Positions 42,070 through 54,298 are shown, counted from the first letter of the stretch. The stretch: 59,844 nucleotides of DNA from Pseudomonadota bacterium (GCA_043823065.1 JBDRBB010000013.1:1-59844); one strand, 5' to 3'. The notes: a model not told the origin generated them from the letters alone. Translations and numbers: made by a program.

Positions 42070-43197
42070 CTAAACCCCTATTTCTAATTTTTTTGGGAAA
42101 CTGCCTAAAACCTCGCAAGATCCCTTAGTTACAGCTACCAAGTCTTCCAGACGCACCCCGCCAATCCCTGAATAATATAAACCTGGTTCCACACTTACCA
42201 CGTGTCCTTTTTTGAGCTTATAATCTTTAGGGCCAATGCGCACTGGTTCTTCATGCAGCTCCAAACCAATACCATGCCCTGTGGAATGAAAAAAACCTTG
42301 CTTGCGTCCTTGTTTTTCCAAAGTGGGATATTTATGTTGATCAAAAAACTTTTGCACTGTTTCATGAACTATTCGACCATTTATTCCATCTTTAACCTTA
42401 GAAATAGCCATTTTCTGAGCTTGCTTCACAACTTCATACATTTCTCTTAATTTTGGCGAAGCCTGCCCCCGACAAAATGTGCGTGTGGCATCACTATAAT
42501 ACATATTACTTAACGACCTGGGGAAAACATCAATAATGATGGCTTGATGCGGTCTTAAATATCCTTGGCCGATATCATGCGGATCTATGGAATGCTGACC
42601 ACAAGCTATAATAGTGTCTGAAGCCAAACACCCTCTCTCCATTAAAAAAACATTTAATATTTTTCTAAGTTGCTCTGAAGTTAAAGCTCGTCCTTTATAG
42701 ACCAACTGATTGCGCTTAATTTTAGACTGAGCTAAAATATCATGCACCATTTGCATACCTTGAAACACAATGTTTTGCGTATTTTTAATATAAGCAATTT
42801 CATGCGAATTTTTGATGAGCCGCTCTGGATAAAAAGGATCAGTACCTGATTTAACTTCGTAGCCGCGTTTCCTCAAACCATCTACTAAAGTAAAACTTGT
42901 ATCTTTGGGCATCACTAGCTTATTGATCTTTTTGGCTTTTAATACAGCATGAATTACATCTGCTATGGTTGGCGACTTATTAGTTTGTTTGGCAATTTTC
43001 GCATATTTGCTCAAGGAATGGCAATAATCCACCTTGGCTTGTTTTTTGGCTCGGTCTATTTCCAAATCGGATAAGATTAAGGTTTTTTTGTCGCGATAAT
43101 CAATATAGATTACAGGATCAGGCACGGCAAATTTTGTAGCATAATATAAATCAGCAGATCGCTTAGATGTAGCATAAATCAATTTGGCAGAACTCAT
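42070..43197 (-). CDS. M24 Xaa-Pro aminopeptidase family
   Basis: DPH, D..DATRT, HSTGHGIGLELHE, EPGLY, GVRLED. Confidence 0.92.
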   Translation of the reverse strand: MSSAKLIYATSKRSADLYYATKFAVPDPVIYIDYRDKKTLILSDLEIDRAKKQAKVDYCHSLSKYAKIAKQTNKSPTIADVIHAVLKAKKINKLVMPKDTSFTLVDGLRKRGYEVKSGTDPFYPERLIKNSHEIAYIKNTQNIVFQGMQMVHDILAQSKIKRNQLVYKGRALTSEQLRKILNVFLMERGCLASDTIIACGQHSIDPHDIGQGYLRPHQAIIIDVFPRSLSNMYYSDATRTFCRGQASPKLREMYEVVKQAQKMAISKVKDGINGRIVHETVQKFFDQHKYPTLEKQGRKQGFFHSTGHGIGLELHEEPVRIGPKDYKLKKGHVVSVEPGLYYSGIGGVRLEDLVAVTKGSCEVLGSFPKKLEIGV

Positions 43198-43247
43198 GGT
43201 CATCCTCCTCTTGCAAATTTATAGCAAAAAATACATTATAGGGAAAG

Positions 43248-43649
43248 ATGGAAAGAAAATTGCAAATATTTATGATTGGCTTGGTGGCATTACTGGTTCT
43301 GGGCGCTGGTTGCGCCAAGCACCATGCCAAAAAACCATATCCCGCTAAACCAGAAACATATTCTGCCACTGGCCAAGCTTCGTGGTATGGTCCGGGGTTT
43401 AGCGGTCGCAAAACCGCTTCTGGAGAAAGGTTCCGTCCTTCAGCCTTAACTGCTGCCCATCGCAGTTTGCCTTTTGGCACCATGGTAGAAGTGACTAATT
43501 TAGCCAACAATAGAACTGTGGTGGTGCGCATCAATGACCGTGGCCCGTATGCCAAAAACCGGATTATTGATCTTTCCCAGCGAGCTGCCCAAAAAATCGG
43601 CATGATCAAAAGCGGAACCGCCAAAGTCAAACTCGTCGCTGTTCGTTAA
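43248..43649 (+). CDS. rlpA: RlpA-family lytic transglycosylase lipoprotein
   Basis: [22 protein letters not shown]; lipobox GAGC. Confidence 0.93.
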   Translation: MERKLQIFMIGLVALLVLGAGCAKHHAKKPYPAKPETYSATGQASWYGPGFSGRKTASGERFRPSALTAAHRSLPFGTMVEVTNLANNRTVVVRINDRGPYAKNRIIDLSQRAAQKIGMIKSGTAKVKLVAVR

Positions 43650-43655
43650 ACTCAG

Positions 43656-43763
43656 TTTAAAATTCCCCCTCGGGTATAAGGTCTTTGAAGCTATTTTAAC
43701 GATGAATAGCCCGGTTTCGTGCGCCAGCTTCAAAGACCTTATCGCCTGAGAGGGAATTTTAAA
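43656..43763. mobile_element. MITE-like element with about 37-bp imperfect TIR
   Basis: tttaaaattccc...aaggtctttgaagct / agcttcaaagacctt...gggaattttaaa. Confidence 0.7.
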
Positions 43764-43860
43764 GGTAAGGGCTAGCTGCCATATAAGGAGCGATTGACTT
43801 TCTGGTGGCAGCTTTGTAAAGGTTAATGATCTTGGAAACTTAGCCCATAAAGGAGGATCC

Positions 43861-45408
43861 ATGGTCAGCGAATTTAGAAATGAACCATTAACTGATTTTA
43901 ATCAGCCAGCAAATAAAAAAGCCATGCAAGAAGCCTTGACCAAGGTAAGAGCTGAATTTAACCGGGAATATCCTATTATAATAGATGGCGAAGGAGCTTG
44001 TGCTAATTATAAAATTCGCTCGATAAATCCTGCTAACAAGACTGAAATCGTAGGTACCACTCAAAAAGGCAGCTCAGAAATGGCTAAAAAAGCCATAGCT
44101 GCTGCCAAGGAAAAATTTACTGAATGGAAATATACGCCAGCAACTAAACGCGCTGACTATTTGTTTAATATGGCTGAGATTTTGCGGGCCCGCAAACATG
44201 AATTTTCCGCAACTATGGTTTATGAAATAGGAAAAAGCTGGGCAGAAGCAGATGCTGATACAGCTGAAGCCATAGATTTTTGCGAGTTTTACGCCAGAGA
44301 AGCCTTGCGTTATGCAGAGAAGCAACCTGTTGTGCCCTATCCTGGCGAAAATAACGAACTGGTTTATCTGCCTTTGGGTGTAGGCGCCATTATTCCTCCC
44401 TGGAACTTTCCCTTGGCAATTCTGGTGGGCATGACCACAGCCGCCATTGTGACTGGAAATACAGTCGTGCTTAAACCAGCCAGTGACACCACAATCATTG
44501 CTGCCAAATTTGTCGAAGCCACTATTGAAGCTGGCCTGCCTTCTGGTGTCTTAAACTTTGTAACTGGTAGTGGCGCTGATGTTGGAGAAACCTTAATTAC
44601 CAGCCCTGATATACGCTTTATCAGCTTTACTGGCTCTAAAGAAGTTGGCCTGCATATAGTTGAAGAATCTGGTAAAACCAGACCTGATCAAAAATGGATT
44701 AAGCGCTATGTAGTAGAAATGGGCGGCAAAGATGCCATTATTGTAGATGATGAATGTGATTTAGATGCAGCTGTTGAAGGTGTTGCTCTTTCAGCATATG
44801 GCTTTCAGGGTCAAAAATGTTCTGCCTGCTCACGCGCAATTGTGTCTGAAAAAGTTTATGATGAATTTTTAAATAAACTCACGGAAAGAGTTAAAAAAAT
44901 CAAGGTTGGCCCAACTGAAAATTTTGAAAACTATATGGGTCCGGTTGCCAGCCAGGCTCAATATACCAAGATTATGGAATATATTCAGATTGGCCAAAAA
45001 GAAGGTCGCCTGCTTTTTGGAGGCGAGGGTCATGATGACCAAGGATTTTTTATTCAACCTACAATTTTTGCTGATGTAGCGCCAACAGCTCGGATCGCTC
45101 AAGAAGAAATTTTTGGCCCAGTGCTGGCAGTTATTAAAGCCAAAAATTTTGATGATGCTCTAAAAATAGCCAATGGCACAGATTATGGCCTGACCGGCGG
45201 AGTTTTCACCAAAAATAAAGATAAGCTCGCCAAGGCCAAGCACGAATTTTTTGTGGGCAATCTTTATTTAAATCGCAAATGCACTGGCGCTTTGGTTGGC
45301 GTGCAACCTTTTGGCGGATTTAACATGTCTGGCACAGATTCTAAGGCTGGTGGAAGAGATTATTTACTACAGTTTATGCAAGCTAAGTCGATATGTGAGA
45401 AACTATAA
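43861..45408 (+). CDS. pruA: 1-pyrroline-5-carboxylate dehydrogenase
   Basis: FRNEP, PWNFP, EMGGKD, GQKCSACS, QPFGGFNMSGTD. Confidence 0.95.
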   Translation: MVSEFRNEPLTDFNQPANKKAMQEALTKVRAEFNREYPIIIDGEGACANYKIRSINPANKTEIVGTTQKGSSEMAKKAIAAAKEKFTEWKYTPATKRADYLFNMAEILRARKHEFSATMVYEIGKSWAEADADTAEAIDFCEFYAREALRYAEKQPVVPYPGENNELVYLPLGVGAIIPPWNFPLAILVGMTTAAIVTGNTVVLKPASDTTIIAAKFVEATIEAGLPSGVLNFVTGSGADVGETLITSPDIRFISFTGSKEVGLHIVEESGKTRPDQKWIKRYVVEMGGKDAIIVDDECDLDAAVEGVALSAYGFQGQKCSACSRAIVSEKVYDEFLNKLTERVKKIKVGPTENFENYMGPVASQAQYTKIMEYIQIGQKEGRLLFGGEGHDDQGFFIQPTIFADVAPTARIAQEEIFGPVLAVIKAKNFDDALKIANGTDYGLTGGVFTKNKDKLAKAKHEFFVGNLYLNRKCTGALVGVQPFGGFNMSGTDSKAGGRDYLLQFMQAKSICEKL

Positions 45409-45433
45409 GGATTCCCGCTTTCGCGGGAATGAC
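45409..45433. repeat. Family A half element filling the pruA-ProDH spacer
   Basis: ggattcccgctttcgcgggaatgac. Confidence 0.85.
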
Positions 45434-45436
45434 ACC

Positions 45437-46285
45437 ATGTCCCTTTTATACTTTTTTGCCAAAAGATTTATTGCTGGCGAAACTTTAGCCCAAGCGCTGC
45501 CTAACGTAGCTGCCTTAAAAGCTCAAGGTTTTTTAACTACTGTTGATCACCTTGGCGAAAATGTTTCTCAAAAAAGTGAAGCTGAAAAAGCGACTGAGGA
45601 TTATTTAAAAATTATTCAGACTCTTAAAGAGAAAAGGTTGGATATCAATTTATCAGTCAAACTAACTCAACTTGGCCTAAATATTGATCAAGAGTTTTGC
45701 CTAGCCAATTTAAAACAAATTGGCAAGTATGCCCAGGAGGTAAATGGTTTTATTAGAGTGGATGCAGAAGATTCTAGCACTACCGCTTCTACTGTAAATA
45801 TTATCAAAGAAGTTAGAGCTGATAATTTACCAATTGGCGGCACCATCCAAACTATGCTCAGGCGCGCGCCCATGGATCTGGTCTCATTTTTAGAAACCAG
45901 CACCAAAGTTCGGCTATGCAAAGGCGCTTATAAAGAGCCATTGGAAATTGCCTATCAAGATCAGAAAGAGGTTAAACGGCAATATATAGCTTTGATGAAA
46001 CGTTTATTAACCTCTGGAATTTATCACGGCTTAGCTACTCACGATGAAGAAATAATTAGAGAGGCTCAAAAGTTTGCGCAAGAAGCCACTATTCTTGGCA
46101 ATGATTTTGAATTTCAATTTTTATATGGCATCAGAACTAAACTGGCTAAACAACTTTTAGCTGATGGCTGGAAAGTTCGGATTTACTGTCCTTTTGGCCA
46201 GGCTTGGCTGCCTTATATTTTGCGCCGCTTAAGGGAAAGAAAAGAGAACGTTTGGTTTGTAGTGAAGAATTTATTTAGAAACTAA
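45437..46285 (+). CDS. Monofunctional proline dehydrogenase
   Basis: RFIAGE, SVKLTQLG, RLCKGAY, ATHD, RRLRER. Confidence 0.92.
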   Translation: MSLLYFFAKRFIAGETLAQALPNVAALKAQGFLTTVDHLGENVSQKSEAEKATEDYLKIIQTLKEKRLDINLSVKLTQLGLNIDQEFCLANLKQIGKYAQEVNGFIRVDAEDSSTTASTVNIIKEVRADNLPIGGTIQTMLRRAPMDLVSFLETSTKVRLCKGAYKEPLEIAYQDQKEVKRQYIALMKRLLTSGIYHGLATHDEEIIREAQKFAQEATILGNDFEFQFLYGIRTKLAKQLLADGWKVRIYCPFGQAWLPYILRRLRERKENVWFVVKNLFRN

Positions 46286-46321
46286 AGTTGTCATCGCAAT
46301 GACAAGCTAAGAGGAGACATT

Positions 46322-47530
46322 ATGACACAACGTACTACAGCTGAATATCTTAAGGAAGTTGATCAAGTTAGCGCCCATAACTACCACCCTCTACCAGTGG
46401 TACTTTCCAAAGGTGAAGGCTGTTGGGTGTGGGATGTTGAGGGAAGAAAATACTTAGATTTACTGTCTGCTTATTCTGCGGTTAATCAAGGCCATCGACA
46501 CCCAAAAATTATTCAGGCCTTAAAAAACCAGGCTGACCGCATCACCTTAACCAGCCGCGCTTTTCAAAATGATCAGATGGGCCCTTTTTTAGCCAGACTT
46601 TGTGAAATTAGTGGCTATCAAAAAGCCCTACCCATGAACACTGGCGCCGAGGCTGTGGAAACAGCGCTTAAAGCAGCTAGAAAATGGGGATATGTGCATA
46701 AAAAAATCCCAGAAGATAAAGCTGAAATAATTGTTTGCGCAGGAAATTTCCACGGCCGCACGATTACTATTGTCAGTTTTTCCACTGAAGAATTATATAA
46801 ACAAGGTTTTGGACCAATCACCCCTGGCTTTAGAGTTGTCCCTTTTGGCGATGCTTTAAGCTTGGAAGCTGCAATTAACCACAACACCTGCGCGGTGCTA
46901 ATTGAACCAATTCAATGCGAAGCTGGCGTAAACATTCCGCCTGATGGTTATCTCAAGCAGGTTCGCGAAATTACTAAAAAGCACAACATTTTATTTATGG
47001 CAGATGAAATTCAAACTGGCCTGGGCCGCACTGGCAAAATGTTTGCTTGTGAACATGAAAACGTTCGGCCAGATGTCATGATTGTGGGCAAAGCCTTGGG
47101 CGGTGGCGTGTATCCTGTTTCAGCTATTATGGCTGATGATAAAATCATGGATGTATTTGGGCCAGGCACTCATGGTTCAACCTTTGGCGGCAATCCTTTG
47201 GGCGCTGCAGTTGGCTTGGCTGCCTTAAATGTTTTAGTGACTGAAAAGCTGCCGCAAAAGGCTTTGGAGATGGGCGCCTATGTAATGGAAAATTTGGGTT
47301 CGCTCAAAGCAGAATGCATTCAAGAAATTCGCGGCCGAGGATTGATTATCGGCATTGAAATCAAAAAATCATTTGGCCCTGCCAGGCCCTATTGCGAGCA
47401 ATTAATGCAAGAAGGTCTTTTGGCCAAGGAAACTCATGATCAAGTAATTCGGATTTGCCCACCATTGGTTATAGATCGCACCACCATGGATTGGGCTCTG
47501 GAACGCATTAGAAAGGTAATTACAAAATGA
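46322..47530 (+). CDS. rocD: Ornithine aminotransferase
   Basis: NYHPLP, SAYSAVNQGH, DEIQTGLGRTG, GKALGGG. Confidence 0.95.
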   Translation: MTQRTTAEYLKEVDQVSAHNYHPLPVVLSKGEGCWVWDVEGRKYLDLLSAYSAVNQGHRHPKIIQALKNQADRITLTSRAFQNDQMGPFLARLCEISGYQKALPMNTGAEAVETALKAARKWGYVHKKIPEDKAEIIVCAGNFHGRTITIVSFSTEELYKQGFGPITPGFRVVPFGDALSLEAAINHNTCAVLIEPIQCEAGVNIPPDGYLKQVREITKKHNILFMADEIQTGLGRTGKMFACEHENVRPDVMIVGKALGGGVYPVSAIMADDKIMDVFGPGTHGSTFGGNPLGAAVGLAALNVLVTEKLPQKALEMGAYVMENLGSLKAECIQEIRGRGLIIGIEIKKSFGPARPYCEQLMQEGLLAKETHDQVIRICPPLVIDRTTMDWALERIRKVITK

Positions 47531-50289
47531 CCTTGGAAAAAGCTTACACTCCCCAGGAAGTTGAAAAAAAATGGTATGAGCATTGGCTGAAAACCAAGGC
47601 TTTTGAAGCAGATCCTAATTCTAAAAAGCCGGCCTACTCTATTGTTATTCCGCCGCCTAATGTGACTGGCGTTTTAACCATGGGCCATGTTTTGAATAAC
47701 ACCTTGCAAGATATTTTAGTGCGGCGCAAACGCATGCAAGGTTTTGAAGTTTTGTGGCTACCAGGAACTGATCATGCTGGCATTGCCACGCAAACTGTGG
47801 TGGAAAAAAGCTTAAAAAAAGAAAAAAAGATCAAGCATCGCCAAGATTTAGGTCGAGAAAAGTTTTTGGAAAAAATTTGGGAATGGAAAGACAAACATGG
47901 CTCCATTATTATTGAGCAACTAAAGAAGTTGGGCTGTTCTTGTGATTGGTCGAGGCTGGTCTTTACCATGGACGGGCTGGATAACAGACATCAAAACGCT
48001 CATATTAATTATTCTCAGTGCGTTAAAGAAGTTTTTGTTAAGCTTTATGAAAAAGGTTTAATCTATCGCGGCCAACGCATGGTTAACTGGTGTCCAGTAA
48101 GTCATACCGCTTTAAGTGATGAAGAAGTAATCATGAAAGAAGTTGACGGTCATTTGTGGCACATCAAATATCCCTTGCTTGATGAAAAGAACAATCCCAT
48201 TCCTGATAAATTTATTATTGTAGCAACGACCAGACCGGAAACCATGCTCGGTGATGAAGCTGTAGCTGTGCATCCGCATGATAATCGTTACACCAATTTG
48301 ATTGGCTGCAAGGTTTTATTGCCACTTAAAAATAAACCAATTCCAATCATTGCTGATGAAATGGTGGAATTTGAATTTGGCTCTGGTGCAGTTAAGATTA
48401 CCCCGGCACATGATCCAGCAGATTATGAAATGGGCTTGCGCCATAATTTACCTTTTACCGTAGTAATTGGCGAAGACGGCAAAATGACAGAATTGGCTGG
48501 AGAGCCTTATGAAGGTTTAGATCGATTTGAATGTCGCAAAGCTGTGGTAGCCGACTTGGAAGAATGGGAAATGGTTCAAAAAGTTGAGTCCTATCGTCAC
48601 AATGTTGGCTTTAGTGAAAGAGCAGATGTGCCAATTGAGCCAGCCATTAGTGAACAATGGTTCTTAAAATACCCTGGTCAAAAACAGAGCCTAGATGCAG
48701 TCTTAAATGGAGAAATAAAATTCTGGCCAGAGAGATGGAGCAAGGTCTATCAGCACTGGATGGAAAACCTGCGTGACTGGTGCATCTCCAGACAACTGTG
48801 GTGGGGACATAGAATACCGGTTTGGTATTGCACGAACGACGAACAATGTCCTCCAATTGTTAGCCTAGATACACCAAAAAAATGTCCGCATTGTGGCAAT
48901 GCTAATTTGAAGCAAGACGACGATGTTTTAGACACCTGGTTCTCTTCTTGGCTCTGGCCTTTTGCCACTATGGGTTGGCCAAAACAAACTGCTGAGCTTA
49001 AGAAATTTTATCCAACTACAGATTTAGTTACTGGACCAGACATTATCTTTTTCTGGGTAGCTAGAATGATTATGGCAGGTTTTGAATTTATGGGAGCCAA
49101 ACCTTTTTCCAACGTATACTACACAGGCATTATTCGTGACTCATTGGGCCGCAAGATGTCCAAGAGTTTGGGCAATTCTCCTGATCCTTTAGATCTAATT
49201 GACAAATACGGGGCTGATGGCGTGCGTTTTGGCTTGATGTTAATTGCGCCTAAGGGGCAGGATATTTTATTTGCTGAAGAAAGATTAGAAGTGGGCCGCA
49301 ACTTTTGCAACAAACTCTGGAACGCGGCCAGGTTCGTGCTGATGAACCTTGATTGTCATCGCGAGGAGCGTAAGCGACGTGGCGATCCCATGGGCACCAA
49401 GGGGATTGCTTCTCCGCCTTCGGTGGATCGCAATGACGGGGAGCTGAGCCCTGCTGACAAATGGATCTTAAATCGCCTGGAACATGCAGTGCGCGATGTA
49501 AACCAAGCCCTAGATGGCTATGAATTTGATAACGCCTCTAGGCTTTTATATCAATTTGTCTGGCGAGATTTTTGCGACTGGTATGTGGAACTAGCCAAAG
49601 TCCATCTTTATGAAGAAGATGAAAAATCTAAACAAACCGCGCTTAACACTTTAGTTAATGTATTAACATCTATTTTAAAACTATTGCACCCTTATGCGCC
49701 ATTTATCACCGAAGAAATCTGGCAGCAGTTTCATAAAAGTGAAAGCATCATGTACGCTGCTTATCCGCAGCCGCAAAAAGAACTGCCTTTTGAACATGAG
49801 GCGCTTCAACTTGAAACAATTAAAAAAGTGATTGAAGCAATCAGAAATATTCGCGGCGAGCATAATATTAAACCAAGCCAGGAAATGGATGCCACGCTTA
49901 TTATTGATGAACAGACTAAAAATCTTATCGAAAATAATTTACTCTATCTCAAAAAAATAGCTAATTTAAAACATGTTGAGATTGATATTAAAACGAACGA
50001 AGAACGAAAAACGAAGAATGACGTAGCTACGGCTTTAATAGACAACATGGAAATCCAGGTGCCTTGGAAGGGTTTGATCGATGTAGAAGCAGAAAAAGCA
50101 CGCTTAACCAAAGAAATTGCTAAAGCAGATAATGATCAAAGCATTGTAAAAAATAAGCTTAGCAAAGAATCTTTTGTAACCAAAGCGCCTGCTGATGTGG
50201 TGGCTAAGGAACGCGAAAAGCTGCAAATTATAGAGGACAAGCTGGCGAAATTTAGAGAAGCACTCAAAAAACTCGACCATTTACTATAG
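47527..50289 (+). CDS. valS: Valine--tRNA ligase
   Basis: PPPNVTG, DWCISRQLWWGH, KMSKS, C-terminal coiled coil. Confidence 0.98.
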   Translation: MTLEKAYTPQEVEKKWYEHWLKTKAFEADPNSKKPAYSIVIPPPNVTGVLTMGHVLNNTLQDILVRRKRMQGFEVLWLPGTDHAGIATQTVVEKSLKKEKKIKHRQDLGREKFLEKIWEWKDKHGSIIIEQLKKLGCSCDWSRLVFTMDGLDNRHQNAHINYSQCVKEVFVKLYEKGLIYRGQRMVNWCPVSHTALSDEEVIMKEVDGHLWHIKYPLLDEKNNPIPDKFIIVATTRPETMLGDEAVAVHPHDNRYTNLIGCKVLLPLKNKPIPIIADEMVEFEFGSGAVKITPAHDPADYEMGLRHNLPFTVVIGEDGKMTELAGEPYEGLDRFECRKAVVADLEEWEMVQKVESYRHNVGFSERADVPIEPAISEQWFLKYPGQKQSLDAVLNGEIKFWPERWSKVYQHWMENLRDWCISRQLWWGHRIPVWYCTNDEQCPPIVSLDTPKKCPHCGNANLKQDDDVLDTWFSSWLWPFATMGWPKQTAELKKFYPTTDLVTGPDIIFFWVARMIMAGFEFMGAKPFSNVYYTGIIRDSLGRKMSKSLGNSPDPLDLIDKYGADGVRFGLMLIAPKGQDILFAEERLEVGRNFCNKLWNAARFVLMNLDCHREERKRRGDPMGTKGIASPPSVDRNDGELSPADKWILNRLEHAVRDVNQALDGYEFDNASRLLYQFVWRDFCDWYVELAKVHLYEEDEKSKQTALNTLVNVLTSILKLLHPYAPFITEEIWQQFHKSESIMYAAYPQPQKELPFEHEALQLETIKKVIEAIRNIRGEHNIKPSQEMDATLIIDEQTKNLIENNLLYLKKIANLKHVEIDIKTNEERKTKNDVATALIDNMEIQVPWKGLIDVEAEKARLTKEIAKADNDQSIVKNKLSKESFVTKAPADVVAKEREKLQIIEDKLAKFREALKKLDHLL
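49355..49437. repeat. Family B palindrome inserted in frame in valS
   Basis: gtcatcgcgaggagcg...gattgcttc...tcgcaatgac. Confidence 0.88.
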
Positions 50290-50385
50290 ACTATTGACCA
50301 ATGACCAACAAAGCATAGACCATAGACTATTGACCATAGACCAAAAGCAAAAAGGTCAATGGTCCCTGATCTATAGTCTATGGTC
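50275..50385. repeat. Inverted arrays of GACYAWW heptamers
   Basis: About nine forward units and four reverse units; supplies the valS stop. Confidence 0.85.
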
Positions 50386-50391
50386 TTACTT

Positions 50392-51219
50392 ATGAAACAA
50401 TTAGATACTCTTATAAAACTAGCCTTAGCCGAAGATATAGGCGAGGAAGATGTCACAACTAATGCAATTGTTGACCCTAACCTGCAAGCTACTGCAATTA
50501 TCCTTGCTAAGCAAAACTTAGTAGTTGCTGGTCTAAATATAGCTAGAAAAGTATTTGAAATGGTAAGCAAGAACATTTGCTGGAATCCTGAAGTAGAAGA
50601 TGGCGAACAATGTGACGAAATGACTATTTTAGCTAGAGTTCATGGACTTGCTGCTGCCCTACTCCAAGCTGAGCGCACTGCGCTAAATTTTTTGCAGCAT
50701 CTTTCTGGTATTGCCACTACTACTAACTTATTTGCAATTTCTGTGGCCAATACCAAAGTAAAAATTTTAGATACCAGAAAAACTACGCCAGGCTTGCGCG
50801 CTTTAGAAAAACATGCGGTCCTAATGGGTGATGGCGTTAATCATCGCCTGGGCCTGTATGATCGCTATTTAGTCAAGGATAATCACATTAAGATCGCTGG
50901 CTCTATTACCAAAGCAGTAGAAATGATCGCTAATAAAAGAAAACCTGGTTTGCTTTTAGAAATTGAAACAGAAAATTTAGATGATGTTAAAGAAGCCTTG
51001 GCATGTGGCGCAGATATCATCATGCTAGATAACATGTCTTATGAAGATGTGCGCCAAGCAGTAAAATTAGTTAAAGGCAAAGCCAAGTTAGAAGTTTCAG
51101 GAAATGTAAATCTAGATACTATTACTCACTATGCTGCTACTGGTGTTGATTATATTTCAGTTGGAGCAATCACCCACTCTGCCCCTGCTGCAGATATTAG
51201 TATGGAGATAGAAACATAA
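50392..51219 (+). CDS. nadC: Quinolinate phosphoribosyltransferase
   Basis: ERTALN, DTRKTTPG, HRLGL, KDNH, MLDN. Confidence 0.96.
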   Translation: MKQLDTLIKLALAEDIGEEDVTTNAIVDPNLQATAIILAKQNLVVAGLNIARKVFEMVSKNICWNPEVEDGEQCDEMTILARVHGLAAALLQAERTALNFLQHLSGIATTTNLFAISVANTKVKILDTRKTTPGLRALEKHAVLMGDGVNHRLGLYDRYLVKDNHIKIAGSITKAVEMIANKRKPGLLLEIETENLDDVKEALACGADIIMLDNMSYEDVRQAVKLVKGKAKLEVSGNVNLDTITHYAATGVDYISVGAITHSAPAADISMEIET

Positions 51220-51223
51220 ACTT

Positions 51224-51298
51224 GTCATTGCGAGCGAAGCGAAGCAATCCAGATTATACCCACTGGATTGCTTCGTCGCTATCGCTCCTCGCAATGAC
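51224..51298. repeat. Family B palindrome between convergent genes
   Basis: gtcattgcgagcgaagcgaagcaatcc...ggattgcttcg...ctcgcaatgac. Confidence 0.9.
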
Positions 51299-51300
51299 AC

Positions 51301-52572
51301 CTATTTCAATCCTAAACGTCTTTTTAATTCCTCCCTATATAAATCCATATTTTCAATAGCCCTCTGGGCTACGCCTGAATCCATGGCAGCTTTGGCCACA
51401 GCTGGAGCTTCCCATAAAACCACTCTGGTATCTAAAGGCTTGGGAATAAAATAATCTGGGCCAAAACTTAATTTATCAACACCATAAGCAGCGCAAACTT
51501 CCTTAGGCACTGGCTCTTTAGCTAAACTAGCCAAAGCCTTGGCTGCTGCTTGTTTCATGGCTTCATTAATTTGTTTGGCAGACGTATCTAAGGCACCTCT
51601 AAAAATAAAAGGGAAACCCAAAACATTATTTATCTGATTAGGATAATCAGAACGGCCGGTAGCCATGATTAAATCTGAGCGCGCGGAAAAAGCAGCTTCA
51701 GGTAAAATTTCTGGATCTGGATTAGCCATAGCAAAGACAATTGGTTTTTTAGCCATAGCTTTAATCATGGCTGGAGAGACGACATCTTTAGCTGAAAGAC
51801 CGATAAAAACATCTGCCTCTTGCAGACAAGCTGCCAAATCCAGAAGCTTAGCATCTTGGGCAAAATAGCCACGAACCGGCTCTTCCTGGGCACGCTCTTT
51901 AGTAATCAAACCTTTTCTATCACATAACCAAATATTTTCATGTTTCACGCCAAAGGTTTCAATAAATCTGGCGCAAGCAATAGCGCTGGCCCCTGCCCCA
52001 GAAAAAACAACTTTTAATTGGGCTAATTCTTTATCTACCAACTCTGCTGCATTAAGCAAACCAGCAGCAGTGATAATGGCTGTGCCATGTTGATCATCAT
52101 GAAAAACAGGAATGCTCATTTCTTCAATCAATCTTTGCTCAATATAAAAACATTCTGGCGCTTTAATATCTTCTAAATTTATACCGCCAAAGGTGGGCTC
52201 CAAACTTTTAATAATTTCGATTAATTTATCTGGATCTTTTTCATTAATTTCCAAATCAAAAACATCCACATCAGCAAAGCGTTTGAACAAAACTGCCTTG
52301 CCTTCCATTACTGGCTTGCCTGCCAAAGCGCCAATATTGCCGAGCCCCAAAACTGCAGTGCCATTGGTAATCACAGCCACCAAATTGCCGCGAATAGTGT
52401 ATTTGAAAGCTGCCAAGGGATCTTTGGCAATTTCCAGACAAGGCTCGGCCACGCCAGGTGTGTAAGCTAAGGAGAGTTCTCTTTGGGTATTACAAGGCTT
52501 GCTGCTTTCTACTTTAATCTTACCAGGAGTTGGTTGGGAGTGGTAGTTAAGAGCCTCTTGTTTATTTTTCAT
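51301..52572 (-). CDS. NAD(P)-dependent malic enzyme (no PTA domain)
   Basis: [40 protein letters not shown]. Confidence 0.94.
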   Translation of the reverse strand: MKNKQEALNYHSQPTPGKIKVESSKPCNTQRELSLAYTPGVAEPCLEIAKDPLAAFKYTIRGNLVAVITNGTAVLGLGNIGALAGKPVMEGKAVLFKRFADVDVFDLEINEKDPDKLIEIIKSLEPTFGGINLEDIKAPECFYIEQRLIEEMSIPVFHDDQHGTAIITAAGLLNAAELVDKELAQLKVVFSGAGASAIACARFIETFGVKHENIWLCDRKGLITKERAQEEPVRGYFAQDAKLLDLAACLQEADVFIGLSAKDVVSPAMIKAMAKKPIVFAMANPDPEILPEAAFSARSDLIMATGRSDYPNQINNVLGFPFIFRGALDTSAKQINEAMKQAAAKALASLAKEPVPKEVCAAYGVDKLSFGPDYFIPKPLDTRVVLWEAPAVAKAAMDSGVAQRAIENMDLYREELKRRLGLK

Positions 52573-52587
52573 AGATTAACCTTTGTT

Positions 52588-52656
52588 GTCATTCCCGTAA
52601 AAAGCGGGAATCCCATGCGATCAATGGGTTGATATCTCCGCCTTCGCGGGGATGAC
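52588..52656. repeat. Family A palindrome
   Basis: gtcattcccg...gcgggaatc...ccgccttcgcggggatgac. Confidence 0.85.
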
Positions 52657-52659
52657 AAT

Positions 52660-53983
<1,324 letters not shown>

Positions 53984-53986
53984 AAC

Positions 53987-54298
53987 TTACCCCGCTATCT
54001 TTGTAATTTCGACTTCAGTATACTCTTGTCTGTGGCCAAAACGCTTTTCATAACCTTTGCGTCTTTTCTTTTTATAGACCACAACTTTGCGTGATTTATC
54101 TTGAGCTAAAATTTTAGCTTCTACTTTGGCACCTTCCACTAAAGGAGTACCAATTTTGGGCTGGGCATCTGTACCTACAAAAAGTACATTATCAAAGGAA
54201 ATATTTTCGCCAACTTGGCCAGGTAATTTTTCCACTTTGATCTTTGTGCCTTGAGCTACTTTATACTGTTTTCCACCTGTTGAGATAACTGCGTACAT
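53987..54298 (-). CDS. rplU: 50S ribosomal protein bL21
   Basis: MYAVI.TGGKQY, GHRQ. Confidence 0.98.
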   Translation of the reverse strand: MYAVISTGGKQYKVAQGTKIKVEKLPGQVGENISFDNVLFVGTDAQPKIGTPLVEGAKVEAKILAQDKSRKVVVYKKKRRKGYEKRFGHRQEYTEVEITKIAG

